From Chrysemys picta bellii (lineage: Eukaryota), in contig NC_088794.1 in NCBI RefSeq assembly GCF_011386835.1, positions 148,118,001 to 148,182,000 of the forward strand: a stretch of 64,000 nt of DNA, given 5' to 3'. The translations under genes and the position numbers were made by a program. Under the pieces are notes generated by a model that worked only from the letters and a program-made list of their open reading frames with translations, ran no database searches and had not been told where the DNA came from. Positions 48,301 to 59,527 of this stretch are shown piece by piece. How positions within the stretch are numbered: position 1 is the stretch's first letter; the number at the start of each line of letters is the position of its first letter.

Positions 48301-51300
48301 AAAACTGGCTAATTGATAGGTCTCAAAATGTAACTGTAAAATGGAGAATCATCATCAAGCGGGTGTTTCCCCAGTGGGATCTTGCAGGGATCAGTTCTTG
48401 GCCCTATGCTATTTAACCTTTCGCCCTATGCTATTTAACCTTTGTATGAATGATCTGAAAGCAAATATAAAATCATCACTGATCAAGTTTGCAGATAACA
48501 CAGAGATTGGGAAAATGGTAAATAATGAAGAGGACAGTGATCTGGATCACTTTGTAAACTGGGTGCAAAGAAAGTATGCATTTTAATACAGCTAAACGCA
48601 AATGTATACATCTAAGAACAAAATGCAGGCCACAATTATAGGATGGGGGACTCTAATCAGTGAAGCAGCGACTCTGAAAAAGATTTGGGGGTTGTGGTGG
48701 ATAATCAGTTGAACATGAGCTCCCTGTGTGACGCAATGGCAAAAAAACTAGTCTTTTCCTGGGATGCCTAAACAAGTGAATCAAGTGGGAGCAGAGAAGT
48801 TATTTTACCGCCATATTTGGCACTGGTGCAACCGCTCATGGAATACTCTGTTCAATTCTGGTATCCACAACTCAAGGATGTTGATAAATTGGAGAGGGTT
48901 CAGAGAAGACTCATGAGCATGATTAAAGGATTAGAAAACAAGCCATATAGTGATTGAGCTCTTTGAGTTTATCTACAGTAAAAGCCGTTTTATCCGGCAT
49001 GTTGTGGGAATGGGGCGTGCTGGTAAGTGGAAAAATTCCAGTTAACTAAGAGGGTGGGAGTTTGGGTGCAGGATGGGGTGCAGAGCACGGGAGGGGGTCC
49101 AGGCTCTGGGAGGGCGTTTGGGTGCGGGAGGGGTTTCAGGGTGCTGGATCCGGGGGCCCCTCACCTCGGGTGACTCCCTGCAAGCGGCAACCTGGCTGCT
49201 TCTAGGCAGAGACGTGGCAGGAGGTCCCCCACAGCTCCCAATGGCCACAGTTCCCAGCCAATGGGAGCTGCGTTGCTAGCACTCAGGGCAGGGTGAAGGC
49301 AACGTGCAGAGATGCCTGCCATACCTCCACCTAGAAGCAGCTGAGACAAACTGCCGCTTGCGGGGAGCCGCCTGAGGTGAACGCCCCCCGGAACCAGCAT
49401 CCCACATTCCCTCCCGTGCCCCAAGCCCCCTCCCACACCTAAACTCCCTCCCAGAGCCTGCGCTCTACACTCCTTTACACCTGAATTTCAGTGAATATCA
49501 GAAATACCGGTTTATAGAGCTTTCCGGCTGGTGAAGGGCCAGATAAAACAGCTTTCTCTTTATTAAGCTTAATAAAGAGAAAGTTAAAGGGTAACTTCAT
49601 TAAGTATCTACATGGAGAATAAATATTTAATAATGGGCTCTTCAATCTACCAGAGAAAGGTATATCATAATCCAATGGCTGGAAGTTGAAGTTAGACAAA
49701 TGTAGACTGGAAATAAGGCATACATTAATGGTGAGAGTAATTAACCATTAGGACAATTTACAAAGAGTCAGAGTGGAGTGTCCACATCGATAACTTTTAA
49801 ATCAAGAGTGGGGTTTGTTTGTTTTTTAGAATTATTACACACACACACAATTATTTTGGGGAATTTCTATGGCCTGTGTTATACAGGACATTACACTACA
49901 TGATCACAGTGGACCCTCTTGGCCTTGGAATCTACTAGGCCAGTAACCCTGTAAAAGAAATAAATTAGATTGGTTTGGCATGATTTGTTCTTGACATCCA
50001 TGTTGGCTATTACTTATCAACTTATTATCCACTAGGTGTTTACAAATTGGTTACTTAATAATTTGCTCACTTAATAATTTGCTCCAATATCTTTCCAGGG
50101 ATCAAAATTACACTATAATTACCCAGGCCATCTTTTTACAGATAGGTACTATTGTTTGCCCTTCTCCAGTCCTCTGGGACCTAACCCATCCTCCTTGAGG
50201 TCTCAAAGAGATCACTAATCATTCTGAGATTGCTTCAGCTAGCTCCTTAAGTACCTAGGGTGCATTTCATCAGGCCCTGCTGACTAGACTACATCTAACT
50301 AGACTAGACTAACTATTCTTTAGAATATTCTTCCTCTCCCCTCACCCCCTTCTTCTGGCTTGCATCCCTTCCTCCTCATGCCCGAATAAAACTCTAGGTA
50401 CTTTGCTCTACAGGAAAAAGATTCTCTCACCAAAACAAGCTCTTCATCAATCCAATTCAAAAGGACTGGAATTAATATGGAGCAGCTACTTTGGAGCAAA
50501 CCACTAGCACTCGTCTCTCCTTAAGTATAAATGCAGAGTCTTGGGAAATAAAGCTTTCAAAACAAACATCAAAAGACATAACATGCCTTGAGATAGGTAC
50601 TTTCAGTACAGCATTAGAATACCCGAACCCACACATTTCAAAAACGCTGAAGATGATTTTCTGAATCTATCTGGTAACCAAAATGCTAAAATATGACTTT
50701 CAGGTTTTCGCTTAAAATATAGCTAGAGGCTGTAGATTTAAGAGGAACAGATTGACGTAAGATGCATCAACAACAATATTTTTCTAGAGATCAAAAAGAT
50801 AAAGTTACTGTATACTTACCATCCAAGTTTATCAGTGGCTCTGCATTTTTTGCTGCATTGTCAGTATTTTTAGCACTGTCAGGCGTGGAGTCCTTATACT
50901 TATCAGCTGCCAAAATAAAAACAGTTTTGCTTCATAAATGTAAAATTCAGGAGAGAGCTAATAATTAGTTAAAATTAATGGAGCTCAAAGCATAGAAAAA
51001 AACCCATTACTAATGCACATGGTTAGCTGCAATTGGGCCAATTGCATTTTCAGCACATGGTGGAAGACTGGCAGCCAAATCAGTTAGTAGATGTTTCAGT
51101 TGTTTCCCACTACTGAAACTCCAGAAGAGGAAAATTCTAATAAACCTTGCTCAGGTAGGAGCTGTTACAACTGCCTATGTACTAGCTCAAAGTCGAAGCA
51201 CAACTGCAGAGATGTGCTACATCATAGGGAGGACATAAAAGCGTGACAGACCAGGGCCGCCCAGAGTGCGGTGGCAGGGGGCCCTTCAGTCACTCTGGGT

Positions 51301-54300
51301 CTTTGGTGGCATTTCGGCAGCGGGGAGCCCTTCAGTGCTGCCGAAGACGCGGAGTGACTGAAGGGCCCCCCACCGCCGAAGACCCGGACCACCGCCGGGT
51401 GAGTACAAGCACCGCAGCTCTCCCGCTTTGCCCCAGGCCCCTGAATCCTCTGGGCAACCCTGTGACAGACTCTTAAGTGGCAGTCTTCATCCTAGCTAAG
51501 CAAGAAGGGACAATTCAACTGATTCTTGTAGAGTGAAGAACTACTATAAAAAAGGCTGTCAACTGGATTTCTAAGCTGGAGCCCCTTCAATATTAATGGA
51601 GGGGACATTCAGTAATCACTCTAGATGGACCATTAGTCACACATTTCAGTTGACCCTGATCCTTGGACATCAGATGGACAGAGTACGACACTTTACTATA
51701 CAACGGACACCATGCCTATTAGATAACAGGATAGGAATATTACCATTTGCTTTCATATGGGGAAAAAATTAAGTATATATCTTGCTAAGAACATTTGACT
51801 TGTTATTTCTGCTGAAGATCAAAGATATGCTGAAGAGACAAAAATGTCTTTTCTGCACCTCTGTGCCTCACATTGATCCCATAGTGAAGTCAACCTTGTG
51901 TATGATTTTAATTCCTCCTTTGTCAAAAAACTAGGAAACAAATTATGAGTTTACCGTTAAAAATCAATGCAGAGAAGTTGCTCTGAAAAGGAGAAAACTC
52001 TTATTCGAATGTTACAAAATAAAAATAAGAATTCATAAAAATGCTGAAAGTAAATTACACATTTTTAATAAACATACTTTCTATGTGCTCTCATTGCCTC
52101 AGGTTGAAAAATCCTGTATAATATTAACAAAATCATTCACAACAGTTTCCTTACCACCTTTAAGTAAAGGTATTTAAAAAACCAGCCATACCATTATCTC
52201 CATACTCAAGCCTAACAGCTAACCCAAGAAGCCAATCGATTGTTTCTTGTCGTTCTTGTATCTTGAAGGGACAGTTAACATCTTTCAGATACTGTGGAGG
52301 AGAAAAAAATGGGAAAACGCATCCATCATCATGACTGGTTGGGAGGAAACATATCCACGAATTAGTCAACATTGTCAATAATGCTTATCTATCAAAACAA
52401 TTCTACAATCCCCTCTTCTATCAAGCTCAGTTTTATCAGAAGGCTAGTATTAATGAATGATGTCATCCTGAAATACGTTATATTCCCCACTGTGGTTCCT
52501 CTGAGGCACTTCAGTGCTTCTCATGCCACAATTCATCCATGTCTCTCATCTTAGTACAGCAAAAGCTTTTATATCCAGCATGTTGGGGGAATGGGGGTTA
52601 TAAGTGAAAAAGTGCTATAAGTGTTATAAGTTATAAGTGCTGATAAGTGAAAAAAACACCGGTTAACTAAGAGGGAGGGAGTTTGGGTGTGGGAGGCGGC
52701 ACAGGGCTGGGGATTGGGTCGCAGAACGGGGTGTGGGCTCTGGGAGGGAGTTTGGGGGCAGGAGGGGGCTCGGGGCAGCGGCTTGGGATGCAGGAGGGGT
52801 TTCAGGGTGTCGGATCCGGGGGGCGCTCACTGCGGGCAATGGGAGCTGTGGGTGTGACACCTGCAGGCGGAGGCAGCGCATAGAGCCATCTGCTACGCCC
52901 CGCACTCCCTCCCCAACCCCCAGCCCTGCAACCTCTCCCGCACTCCAAACCCCTTGTGGCCTGTTCCTCTGCCTGGGAGCAGCTTCCGGGGAGCCATGTG
53001 AAGCCAGGTAGAGAGCCTGCCTGCCCCACACCAACCAGACTATAAATTGGACTTTCTATGAAGATTAGAAATGCCGGTTTATAGAGCTTTCCGGTCGGTA
53101 CAGGACCGGATAACACAGCTTTTACTGCAATCATATCTGCTTCTGAACTAGTGAATAATTGATGTTTTCCTTGTAATATTATAAACAACAGATCTAAAAC
53201 ACTCCAAAACATTCTAATTAAATTTATATTTATGCCATCACCCTGTCGCCCCTACATTTCCTCCAACACCATAAGCAGGGAAAGCGGAGGACAGGTCAGA
53301 AAAACTAAACAACTACACTTCCAGTGCTTTAGGGCTCAATCCTACAAAGTCCTGAGCACTTTAGCCTCATCCCTCAAGACATGGAAGCATCCAAGTAGTC
53401 CCACTGAAATAAATGTGCTGAAAGACTAACTGCTTTGCAGCATCAGATCCAGAGAGTGTTTAGCACCTTGCAGGTGTTGAGCCCTCAGACAGAGAGGAAT
53501 GTGGATGTCACAGACAGAGAGGAGAGTGTCAAAGTGTTCATGCACAGCAAGTCTGCCAGAAATTGATGGCTATCTGCCATGCTTTCTGCAGGCAGTGGAC
53601 AATCATCCATCAGAAGTAGCAACAGACAGAGTTGGCTACAGTAGACCTTTATAGGCTGCTAAGACTATCTGATCTTAGTCAGTTTCCACCTTGGTGTATA
53701 GTTTTATGCAGAGAAAAACTGACTATTTTTAGTCCATTTCCTTCTGCAGCAAAGGCAGAAATACCTTAACCAGTAAGGAAAGAGATAAGGATACCAATTA
53801 TTGCAAAAACTGATCGTGTTTAGATTTAAGTGAAAATTACGTATAACAAATTATAGTGTTCAATTACCCCTGCATTTTGGCTTCTGTAAAATATTTAGAA
53901 CTCTAGCAAATAAAGAATTCATCATTTTCTCTGAGGGATAGCTCAGTGGTTTGAGCATTGGCCTGCTAAACCCAGGGTTGTGAGTTCAATCCTTGAGGGG
54001 GCCATTCAGGGATCTGGGGCAAAAATCCATCTGGGAAGTGGTCCTGCTTTGAGCAGGGGGTTGGACTAGATGACCTCCTAAGGTTCCTTCCAACCCTGAT
54101 ATTCTAGTATTCTATATATATTTGTTGTATGCAGTGTTGTTGTAGCCACCTTCGTCTCAGGATATTAGACAATATGGATGAGGGAATATTTTTGATTGGA
54201 CCAACTTCTGTTGGTCTCTTCTTCAGCTTTGTGTAAGCACAAAAACTTGTGTCACACACCAACAAAAGTTGGTCCAATAAAAATATTCCTTCGCTCACCT

Positions 54301-57300
54301 TGTGGCTCAAATATATTTGTTGTAACATATACATTGAGTAAAAAGAAAGATGGTTTATCACCAAAACCAACTACCACACATAGGTTATAACGTGTTCTAC
54401 TGTTTCAGGTACAAAGTTACCTTTTCAAAGGCTTTAGGCCATTCGTCATTGTGTATGTTTCTTAGACTTCCTCGGTCTTCAATCTTGTAGTGTCTGATTT
54501 TCTGGTCTTCGAGCCACACAATAAAGTTTCTAAATTCTGTTTCATCTATAGCCAGAAATAAAAACAAACTAAATAATAAATCAGAATAAAGTCATGTTTT
54601 CTTACAGAAGTCAATGAGGGCAGAAGCAGGCCCTTAAATTCTGATCCACTGTATGAAGATAATTTGAATACCTGTGTCCCCAGCCAATTCTTTTTCTTTT
54701 TAAATGCTATTGTCCAGTGATTCCAAAAATACACCTTAATTTATAATCTTTCACCATGTGGACTCTTGGTGAGAATTTACTTGACTGTTTTAATCATGTT
54801 AAAAATAGGCTTGAAAACTTCTAGTCAGTCAACAAGAACAGCAATGTAAAATGCTTATTTCAAATCTAACAGGTCCTACAGAACAATCACTAAATTAGAC
54901 TGGCATTGAGGCCAGGGGATATAGGGAGGGGTGGAAGATGGTTATCAAAGTGACATGAATGCAATATCTCATTGGCCACCTGATCCAGAAAACAAAAACA
55001 ACCTGCTCTTCAGTTATATACAACATTATTTTCTACACACAGTTGATCGATGTTTTTAAGCGATGGTATCTCACATTGGCCCCTCAAAGCAGCAGTGCTA
55101 TTTTGCATAGGTTCAGTCCTTAATATCCTGTAGTAAATTCTACTCCTGGACCTCAGACCAGGGTAATTTTCAAGGCTTGCAGTGAGCCATTCTTTCGGCA
55201 GGGGTGGAGATAGATGTTCCCAATGCCCTAAAACTGTTTTGGCAGAATAATGTACCCTAAACCTGTTGAAAGCAGAAGAGGGGAAAAAGATGTGCTCCCA
55301 GCATAAATGAAGGGGAACTGCCTGACAAGATAGATTTGATAAGGTAGCCTCAATAGTGATCAAGGTGCACCACAAAGCACTTTAGACAAGCAACGCTGGC
55401 AAATGTCAGTATGCAAGAACATCTCTTTTCTGTTTGCTGAAGGAGCCACCAGGGGAAAAGACAACAAACCACCTGAAGCTTAAAACTGAACAAACAGGCC
55501 AAACTACACATCTATCTAATCTATCTATACATACGCACATACCTATCACCCAAAAGACTACGGTAAAAGAACATTAAAGTTGCAAAAATCAAGTGCTGAA
55601 AAGTTAGGAAATGCCAGAATTAGGGTTGCTTGTGCATATGCATTATGATACAGTCTATAATTACATGATCACATTCTGTTTTTTCCATAGGACCACCACC
55701 TCATTCAGTGGAGGTTGGACCTGCTCTGGGGGATGAATGGGGCTATGTGTGAATGAGACCAGCCTGTAGGACAACTGCACCTCATTGGTTGTAGAAGTTG
55801 GAAGGTGTGTCCTGAACAAGGTAGGGATTGCAGGAAGAGAAAGGATGGTCTCATGGTAAAAAGTCAGCCGAATGTTGCCCTGGAGAACTGGATTTTATCC
55901 CTACCTCTGGCACAGAGCTCCTACATCATGCTAGGTAGGTTACTTAAAACCAGACTTTTCACGGGTGGCAATTAAATTGCGTGCTCATTTTTTTTAGGTG
56001 CCCAACTTGAGACCCTGGGATCTGAACTACAGAAGCACTGAGCACTCACAATTGCAACCAACATCAATCCAAGCTGCGTTTGAACATGTAAAGCAACATA
56101 TAATGGGAAGCACTCTGAAAAATCAGTTACTAGGTATCTCAAATTGGTCATCTGTGCCTCAGGTCCATAACTGCAAAATGGGTATATAATAATATCACCT
56201 TGGCCCACAGAAATCTTGTGAAAATAAATTCATTACTGTTTGGGCAGCACTCAAATATTGTTGTGATGAGTACCATGGAAAAGCTCATGAGGAAATAGTT
56301 CTGTGATCAGGGAAGGGTTTGAATAGTAAGGTAGGTCTAGGGTAGGGTGACCGGATAGCAAGTGTGAAAAATCGGGACAGGGTGGGGGGTAATAGAAGCC
56401 CATACCAAAAAAAAAAAAAAAAAAAACCCAAATAATCTTGTCCCTATAAAAATGGGACATCTGGTCACCCTAGTCTAGGGCCACATCCTTAACAACGAAG
56501 ATAAAACAAAATACTGCATAGTTGTTCATTAACTGAGCAGATCTGCGCACTGAGATAGCAGTCTGTGGGGGAAAAAATTGAATATGATCAAGTAATTACA
56601 CACTATAAAACAATGAACACACCCAGTTGAAGTAAGGTTGCACAGGCAACATGAATTCCAGCATTTGCTAACTTTTGACAGTGTAACTTTGCAACCTTCA
56701 TGAATGAATTAAAAAATAAACACACAGATATTTGCCCCAGAAACAGCCTTATCGAACATTGCCCAGGAACATTTCTTTCATAGCCTGATTGCCAGGGAGA
56801 ACAAAGTGTTGATTGTTAATTAACCTTTCCTAAGTTCCCTTTCCCCAGCCCAGGCAAGCCCACAGTAGGGAATCCACCCACCCCAAACACACGCACGCTT
56901 TTCTGCTCCTTGGGGGAAGGGAGGACGCCAGGCCACGCAACCCTGTGTGCACGAAGCCAGCGATAAAGGCCGGGGCAGCTGCCAACCAGCTGGGCCCATG
57001 GGGCCAGAGGAGGTGGAGGATGAAGGGTCCATAGAGCAGCCCTAGAGCACTGCAGGAGATGGACGCAGGACCGGCTCCAGGGTTTTGGCCGCCCCAAGCA
57101 GCCAAATAAAAAAAAAAAAAAAAGCTGCGATCGTGATCTGCGGCGGCAATTCAGCGGGAGGTCCTTCGCTCCCAGCGGGAGTGAGGGACCGTCCGCCGAA
57201 TTGCTGCCGAATACCTGGACGTGCCGCCCCTCTCCGGAGCAGCCGCCCCAAGCACCTGCTTGCCAGGCTGGTGCCTGGAGCCGGCCCTGGATGGACGCCC

Positions 57301-57822
57301 TAAGGCCAGAGCTAGGGATGGCAACAGGGGCTACTAAAGAAGAGGGGGTGGGACACCCCGGGGCCAGACTGGGGGGGGCAGGGCACCCCGGGGGCTACTA
57401 AAGCAGAGGGGTCGGGACACCCCAGGGCCAGACGAGGGGGGCTACCAGAGCAGAGGGGGGGGCGGGGCCCCCCAGGGGCTACCAGAGCAGAGGGGGGGCG
57501 GGGCGCCCCGGGGGCAGACAGGGGGGCTACCAGAGCAGAGGGGGGGCGGGGCGCCCCAGGGCTACCAGAGCAGAGGGGGGCGGGGCGCCCCGGGGCCAGA
57601 GGGGCGCCTCGGCGGGCGGCCAGAGCAGGCCTGGGGGGGCACGGCTCAGGGAAGCCGGGGACGGTGAGACGGGGCCTAGCGCAGCTTGGGGGAGGTGGAG
57701 CCCGTCTGGGGTGACGGGCCTGCGGCCTAGTCCCCTCGCGGCGCCCGGCCCGGCCCCGCACCTCGGCAGTTGAAGCCGGCCGGGTTGTGGTAATCCAGCG
57801 CCGTCAGCTTTCGGCGGAACAT
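33147..57822 (-). CDS. RTRAF: RNA transcription, translation and transport factor (C14orf166/hCLE/CGI-99; tRNA-ligase complex subunit), complete 8-exon CDS, 244 aa
   Basis: Exon lengths 61+125+100+87+89+69+49+155=735 nt; MFRRKLTALDYHNPAGFNCR...ADPKTDHRLGKVGR*; all introns GT-AG with matching phases. Confidence 0.98.
33787..34429. mobile_element. hAT-type MITE
   Basis: TIR cagaggtgggcaaact / agtttgcccacccctg; perfect 8-bp TSD TTCTACTC. Confidence 0.9.
34649..34697 (-). CDS. RTRAF: RTRAF exon 7 (49 nt)
   Basis: ttcaag|...GAG|gtaaga; GLPVALEKHILGFDTG. Confidence 0.95.
34950..36400 (-). mobile_element. RTE-clade LINE, degraded reverse-transcriptase region
   Basis: Minus-strand motifs KLKNG.A, KGKGD, AF(V)DFKAAFD, SG..QG, LEYADD (35521-35532 = YADD), LRWLGHLVCM; multiple frameshifts. 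Confidence 0.85.
36987..37258. mobile_element. PIF/Harbinger-type MITE
   Basis: taa|ggttatgtctacac ... gtgcagaccaggcc|tag; 3-bp TWA-like flanks. Confidence 0.7.
39068..39655. mobile_element. hAT-type MITE, right end missing, with C-rich low-complexity interior
   Basis: Starts ccggggcaggcaaactttttggcc, like the 14488 and 33787 family. Confidence 0.6.
40487..40701. mobile_element. Tigger-like MITE
   Basis: ta|caggcgagtctcatcttacgcg ... cgcgtaagatgcaacagacctg|ta; TA TSD; CpG-rich interior suggests young age. Confidence 0.85.
41448..42552 (+). mobile_element. Solo LTR with nested Penelope-like insertion at ~42050-42175
   Basis: TGTGACA...ATCACA termini; 5-bp flanks CGTAC / TGTAC (one CpG transition); TATATAA at 41689-41695. 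Confidence 0.8.
42050..42175 (-). mobile_element. Penelope-like element fragment with minimal hammerhead motif (42128-42167)
   Basis: gtagctgtgtc..gtggcaccttaaagactaacag..; minus strand acgt-CTGATGA-a-GTGGG tattca CCCAC-AAA-AGCT-T-atgc. Confidence 0.75.
43558..43626 (-). CDS. RTRAF: RTRAF exon 6 (69 nt)
   Basis: ttctag|...GAG|gtaagt; AIRILVQERLTQDAIGKANQSKE. Confidence 0.95.
43856..43972. mobile_element. Penelope-like fold-back fragment
   Basis: 35-bp perfect inverted arms 43860-43894 / 43900-43934; 13-bp flanking direct repeat CTGTCCAATGAAG at 43843-43855 and 43973-43985. Confidence 0.8.
45124..46777. mobile_element. Non-autonomous hAT transposon with inverted duplicated 3' end and transposase remnants
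   Basis: TIR tagggctgtc / aacggcccta; perfect 8-bp TSD AAATATAG; ATALDSRFK motif; C-terminal dimerisation domain (PLEWW..YLA.PAT.VPCE.LFSLSGDIVNKKRA.LSP.NVNKLVCL) on both strands. Confidence 0.92.
47831..47919 (-). CDS. RTRAF: RTRAF exon 5 (89 nt)
   Basis: ttgcag|...AAG|gtaaga; VNNPDFKAGVMALANLLQIQRHDDYLVMLK. Confidence 0.95.
48070..49935 (+). pseudogene. Degraded CR1 ORF2 (RT domain to 3' tail), interrupted by a MITE at 48976-49560
   Basis: [33 protein letters not shown] motifs; stops and frameshifts; local 22-bp tandem duplication ccctatgctatttaaccttt at ~48400-48443. Confidence 0.85.
48976..49560. mobile_element. Tigger-like MITE
   Basis: ta|cagtaaaagccgttttatccggc start, ..ccagataaaacagcttt end; same family as 52557-53127. 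Confidence 0.8.
49937..50310 (-). mobile_element. Degraded CR1 fragment, opposite orientation
   Basis: ccagtaaccctg..tggcatgatttgttcttgac..ccagtcctctgggacc..tttcatcaggccctgctga resembles antisense CR1 ORF2. Confidence 0.6.
50820..50906 (-). CDS. RTRAF: RTRAF exon 4 (87 nt)
   Basis: tggcag|...ATG|gtaagt; ADKYKDSTPDSAKNTDNAAKNAEPLINLD. Confidence 0.95.
51252..51462. mobile_element. hAT-type MITE
   Basis: TIR cagggccgcccagag / ctctgggcaaccctg; perfect 8-bp TSD TGACAGAC. Confidence 0.9.
52192..52291 (-). CDS. RTRAF: RTRAF exon 3 (100 nt)
   Basis: ccacag|...ATG|gtatgg; YLKDVNCPFKIQERQETIDWLLGLAVRLEYGDN. Confidence 0.95.
52557..53127. mobile_element. Tigger-like MITE
   Basis: ta|cagcaaaagcttttatatcc ... 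ggataacacagcttttactg. Confidence 0.8.
53935..54113 (+). mobile_element. Full-length tRNA-derived SINE with CR1 3' tail (tortoise polIII/SINE type)
   Basis: A-box tagctcagtgg, B-box gagttcaatcc, CR1 tail ggactagatgacctcc..ttccaaccctgatattcta. Confidence 0.92.
54125..54305. mobile_element. Penelope-like fold-back fragment
   Basis: gtgttgttgtagcc.. start; imperfect inverted arms gagggaatatttttgattggaccaacttctgttggt / accaacaaaagttggtccaataaaaatattccttc. Confidence 0.65.
54421..54545 (-). CDS. RTRAF: RTRAF exon 2 (125 nt)
   Basis: ctatag|...AAG|gtaact; DETEFRNFIVWLEDQKIRHYKIEDRGSLRNIHNDEWPKAFEK. Confidence 0.95.
56343..56472. mobile_element. hAT-type MITE (TAGGGTGACC family)
   Basis: TIR tagggtgacc / ggtcacccta; perfect 8-bp TSD GTCTAGGG. 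Confidence 0.92.
57066..57289. mobile_element. hAT-type MITE
   Basis: TIR caggaccggctccag / ctggagccggccctg; perfect 8-bp TSD GATGGACG. Confidence 0.92.
57327..57600. repeat. G-rich minisatellite, ~33-45 bp variable unit, about 6 copies
   Basis: Core ggggctaccagagcagaggggggcggggcgcccc repeated with optional ggccagac spacer. Confidence 0.85.
57762..57822 (-). CDS. RTRAF: RTRAF exon 1 coding part (61 nt)
   Basis: ATG at 57822; MFRRKLTALDYHNPAGFNCR; donor GAG|gtgcgg. Confidence 0.95.
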
Positions 57823-58197
57823 GGTCCTTCCGCGGGCCTCACCCTCCGCGCAGCAGCCGCTCGCTCGCAGCGCCGGGCAGTGGGAGAGGGGCGGGGAGAA
57901 AGGGGCGGCCTAGGCCGCCCATTGGCCGAAGCCGGAGAGCGGCAGCTGCCGCGACCAATCGGCTGCCCGCAGAGCGAGCGCGAGGGCCGAAGCCAGCGGG
58001 GCAGCAGGGAGAGAGGCCTCGCGTTCAACCAACTTTATTGACAGCGCCACAGGCGGACACGGGCAGGCCGCGGAGAGGAGGGGCGGAGGGATAGATGGCG
58101 GGGGGCGGGGCAGAGAGAATGGGTGGGGGCTGTGGGCGGGGCCTAGGGAGGGAGAAGGGTAATTAGGTCCTAGGGAGAGGCACAGATAGAGGGGGAG

Positions 58198-58320
58198 TAG
58201 GGTGACCAGACAGCAAGTGTGAAAAATCCGAACGGGGTGGGGGGACAATAGGAGCCTATATAAGAAAAAGACCCAAAAAGCGGGACTGTCCCTATAAAAT
58301 CGGGACATCTGGTCACCCTA
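58198..58320. mobile_element. hAT-type MITE (TAGGGTGACC family)
   Basis: TIR tagggtgaccaga / tctggtcacccta; 8-bp TSD AGGGGGAG; sister of 56343-56472. Confidence 0.9.
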
Positions 58321-58607
58321 AGGGGGAGGGAGAAGGAGGGTTGTGTGAGAGAAACAGATGGGGAGGGGCACAGATAGGGGAGGAAGTTGGGGGAGGGGCA
58401 CAGAGGGGGAGGTGGCTGCGGGAGGGGCACAGATAGAGGAGGAGGGGAGGAAGTTGGGGGAGGGGTACAGCTAGAGGGGGAGGGGAGGTGGCTGGGGAAG
58501 AGGTATAGAGTGGGGGCTGGCTGCTGTGGGAAGGATTTAGGGAGGGGAAGGAGGATGCGTGAGAGGCACAGAGCAGGGGGGTGGGGAAGAGGTGGGGAAG
58601 AGCCCCG

Positions 58608-58721
58608 AGGGGTAGCTGTGTTAGTCTGAATCTGTAAAAAGCAACAGAGGGTCCTGTGGCACCTTTAAGACTAACAGACTTCTGTTAGTCTTAAAGGTGC
58701 CACAGGACCCTCTGTTGCTTT
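58608..58721. mobile_element. Penelope-like fold-back fragment with 41-bp perfect inverted repeat
   Basis: Arms 58638-58678 and 58681-58721, 2-nt spacer; head homologous to 42050-42120. Confidence 0.8.
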
Positions 58722-59527
58722 GTTCAAGGTGGTTTCCTCACCAATTTTCCTTTTCCAGCAGTGGCTGACTAGCTCTTAGTCTCTCCACAGTGTTCAAGGT
58801 GCTGCTTTTCCTTGTCTCCTTAGGTGAAGGATAATGTAGGGGTTCGCTCCCCCTCTCTTTGAAATGTATTCTTCTGAAATGTATCCCCAGCTAAAGTTCC
58901 TTTCCCCTGCTGGGTGCAAACACCATGCTGTCTTCTTCCCACTGGTGATTTTCACAATGAAATGATCTCTTCCTGCAACCTCCAATACAAAGGAATAGCC
59001 CACTGAATTTGGCCACACTTGGTTTCAGGTGTTGGCCTCTTTCCTTTGGAGAAAACCTGTTTATCAACTCCCCCTGATATGCCTAAATTAAATTAAACAT
59101 AATTTAATCACGTATTTCTGGCATATATCTATAGAGTCCATTGTGGGTTTGCCATGCATACATCATGCAAGAATATTAATGATTGGTGAGTTATGAGTTT
59201 TCCAATGATACATTACATGCCACATTTTGGTTAAAGAGATTATGACAACACTGTGTTAGGTGTCATGCGTATGTCTGGCCTGACAAAAGTTGCTGACTCA
59301 GCGTAGTGAACCACCACTGGGCCTGTGTCACAGGACCATCTTTTTGTTACATGATTCTGCAATGCCCAACATGATGGGGCTGGAGTCTCTAGGCAACACC
59401 ACAATACAAATAATAAATAGAATAGTTTAGCAATACTTCAATGGGCATCTACAATAAATCAATATGAATTTCATGTTAATGTTTATGAGCTCTCAAGAGT
59501 AAAACCAAAAAAGAACTTACGTGCACG

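Larger units (their letters stand above)
57060..58140 (-). promoter_or_regulatory. RTRAF CpG-island promoter with GC boxes and two CCAAT boxes
   Basis: Very high GC/CpG density around exon 1 in an AT-rich neighbourhood; GGGGCGGGG at 57888-57896; ATTGG 57921-57925 and CCAAT 57955-57959; no TATA box seen. Confidence 0.85.

Noticed and set aside
57910-58308. 132-aa minus ORF upstream of RTRAF as an N-terminal extension or uORF
   Set aside because: Begins inside a MITE, crosses the CCAAT/GC-box promoter and ends before exon 1
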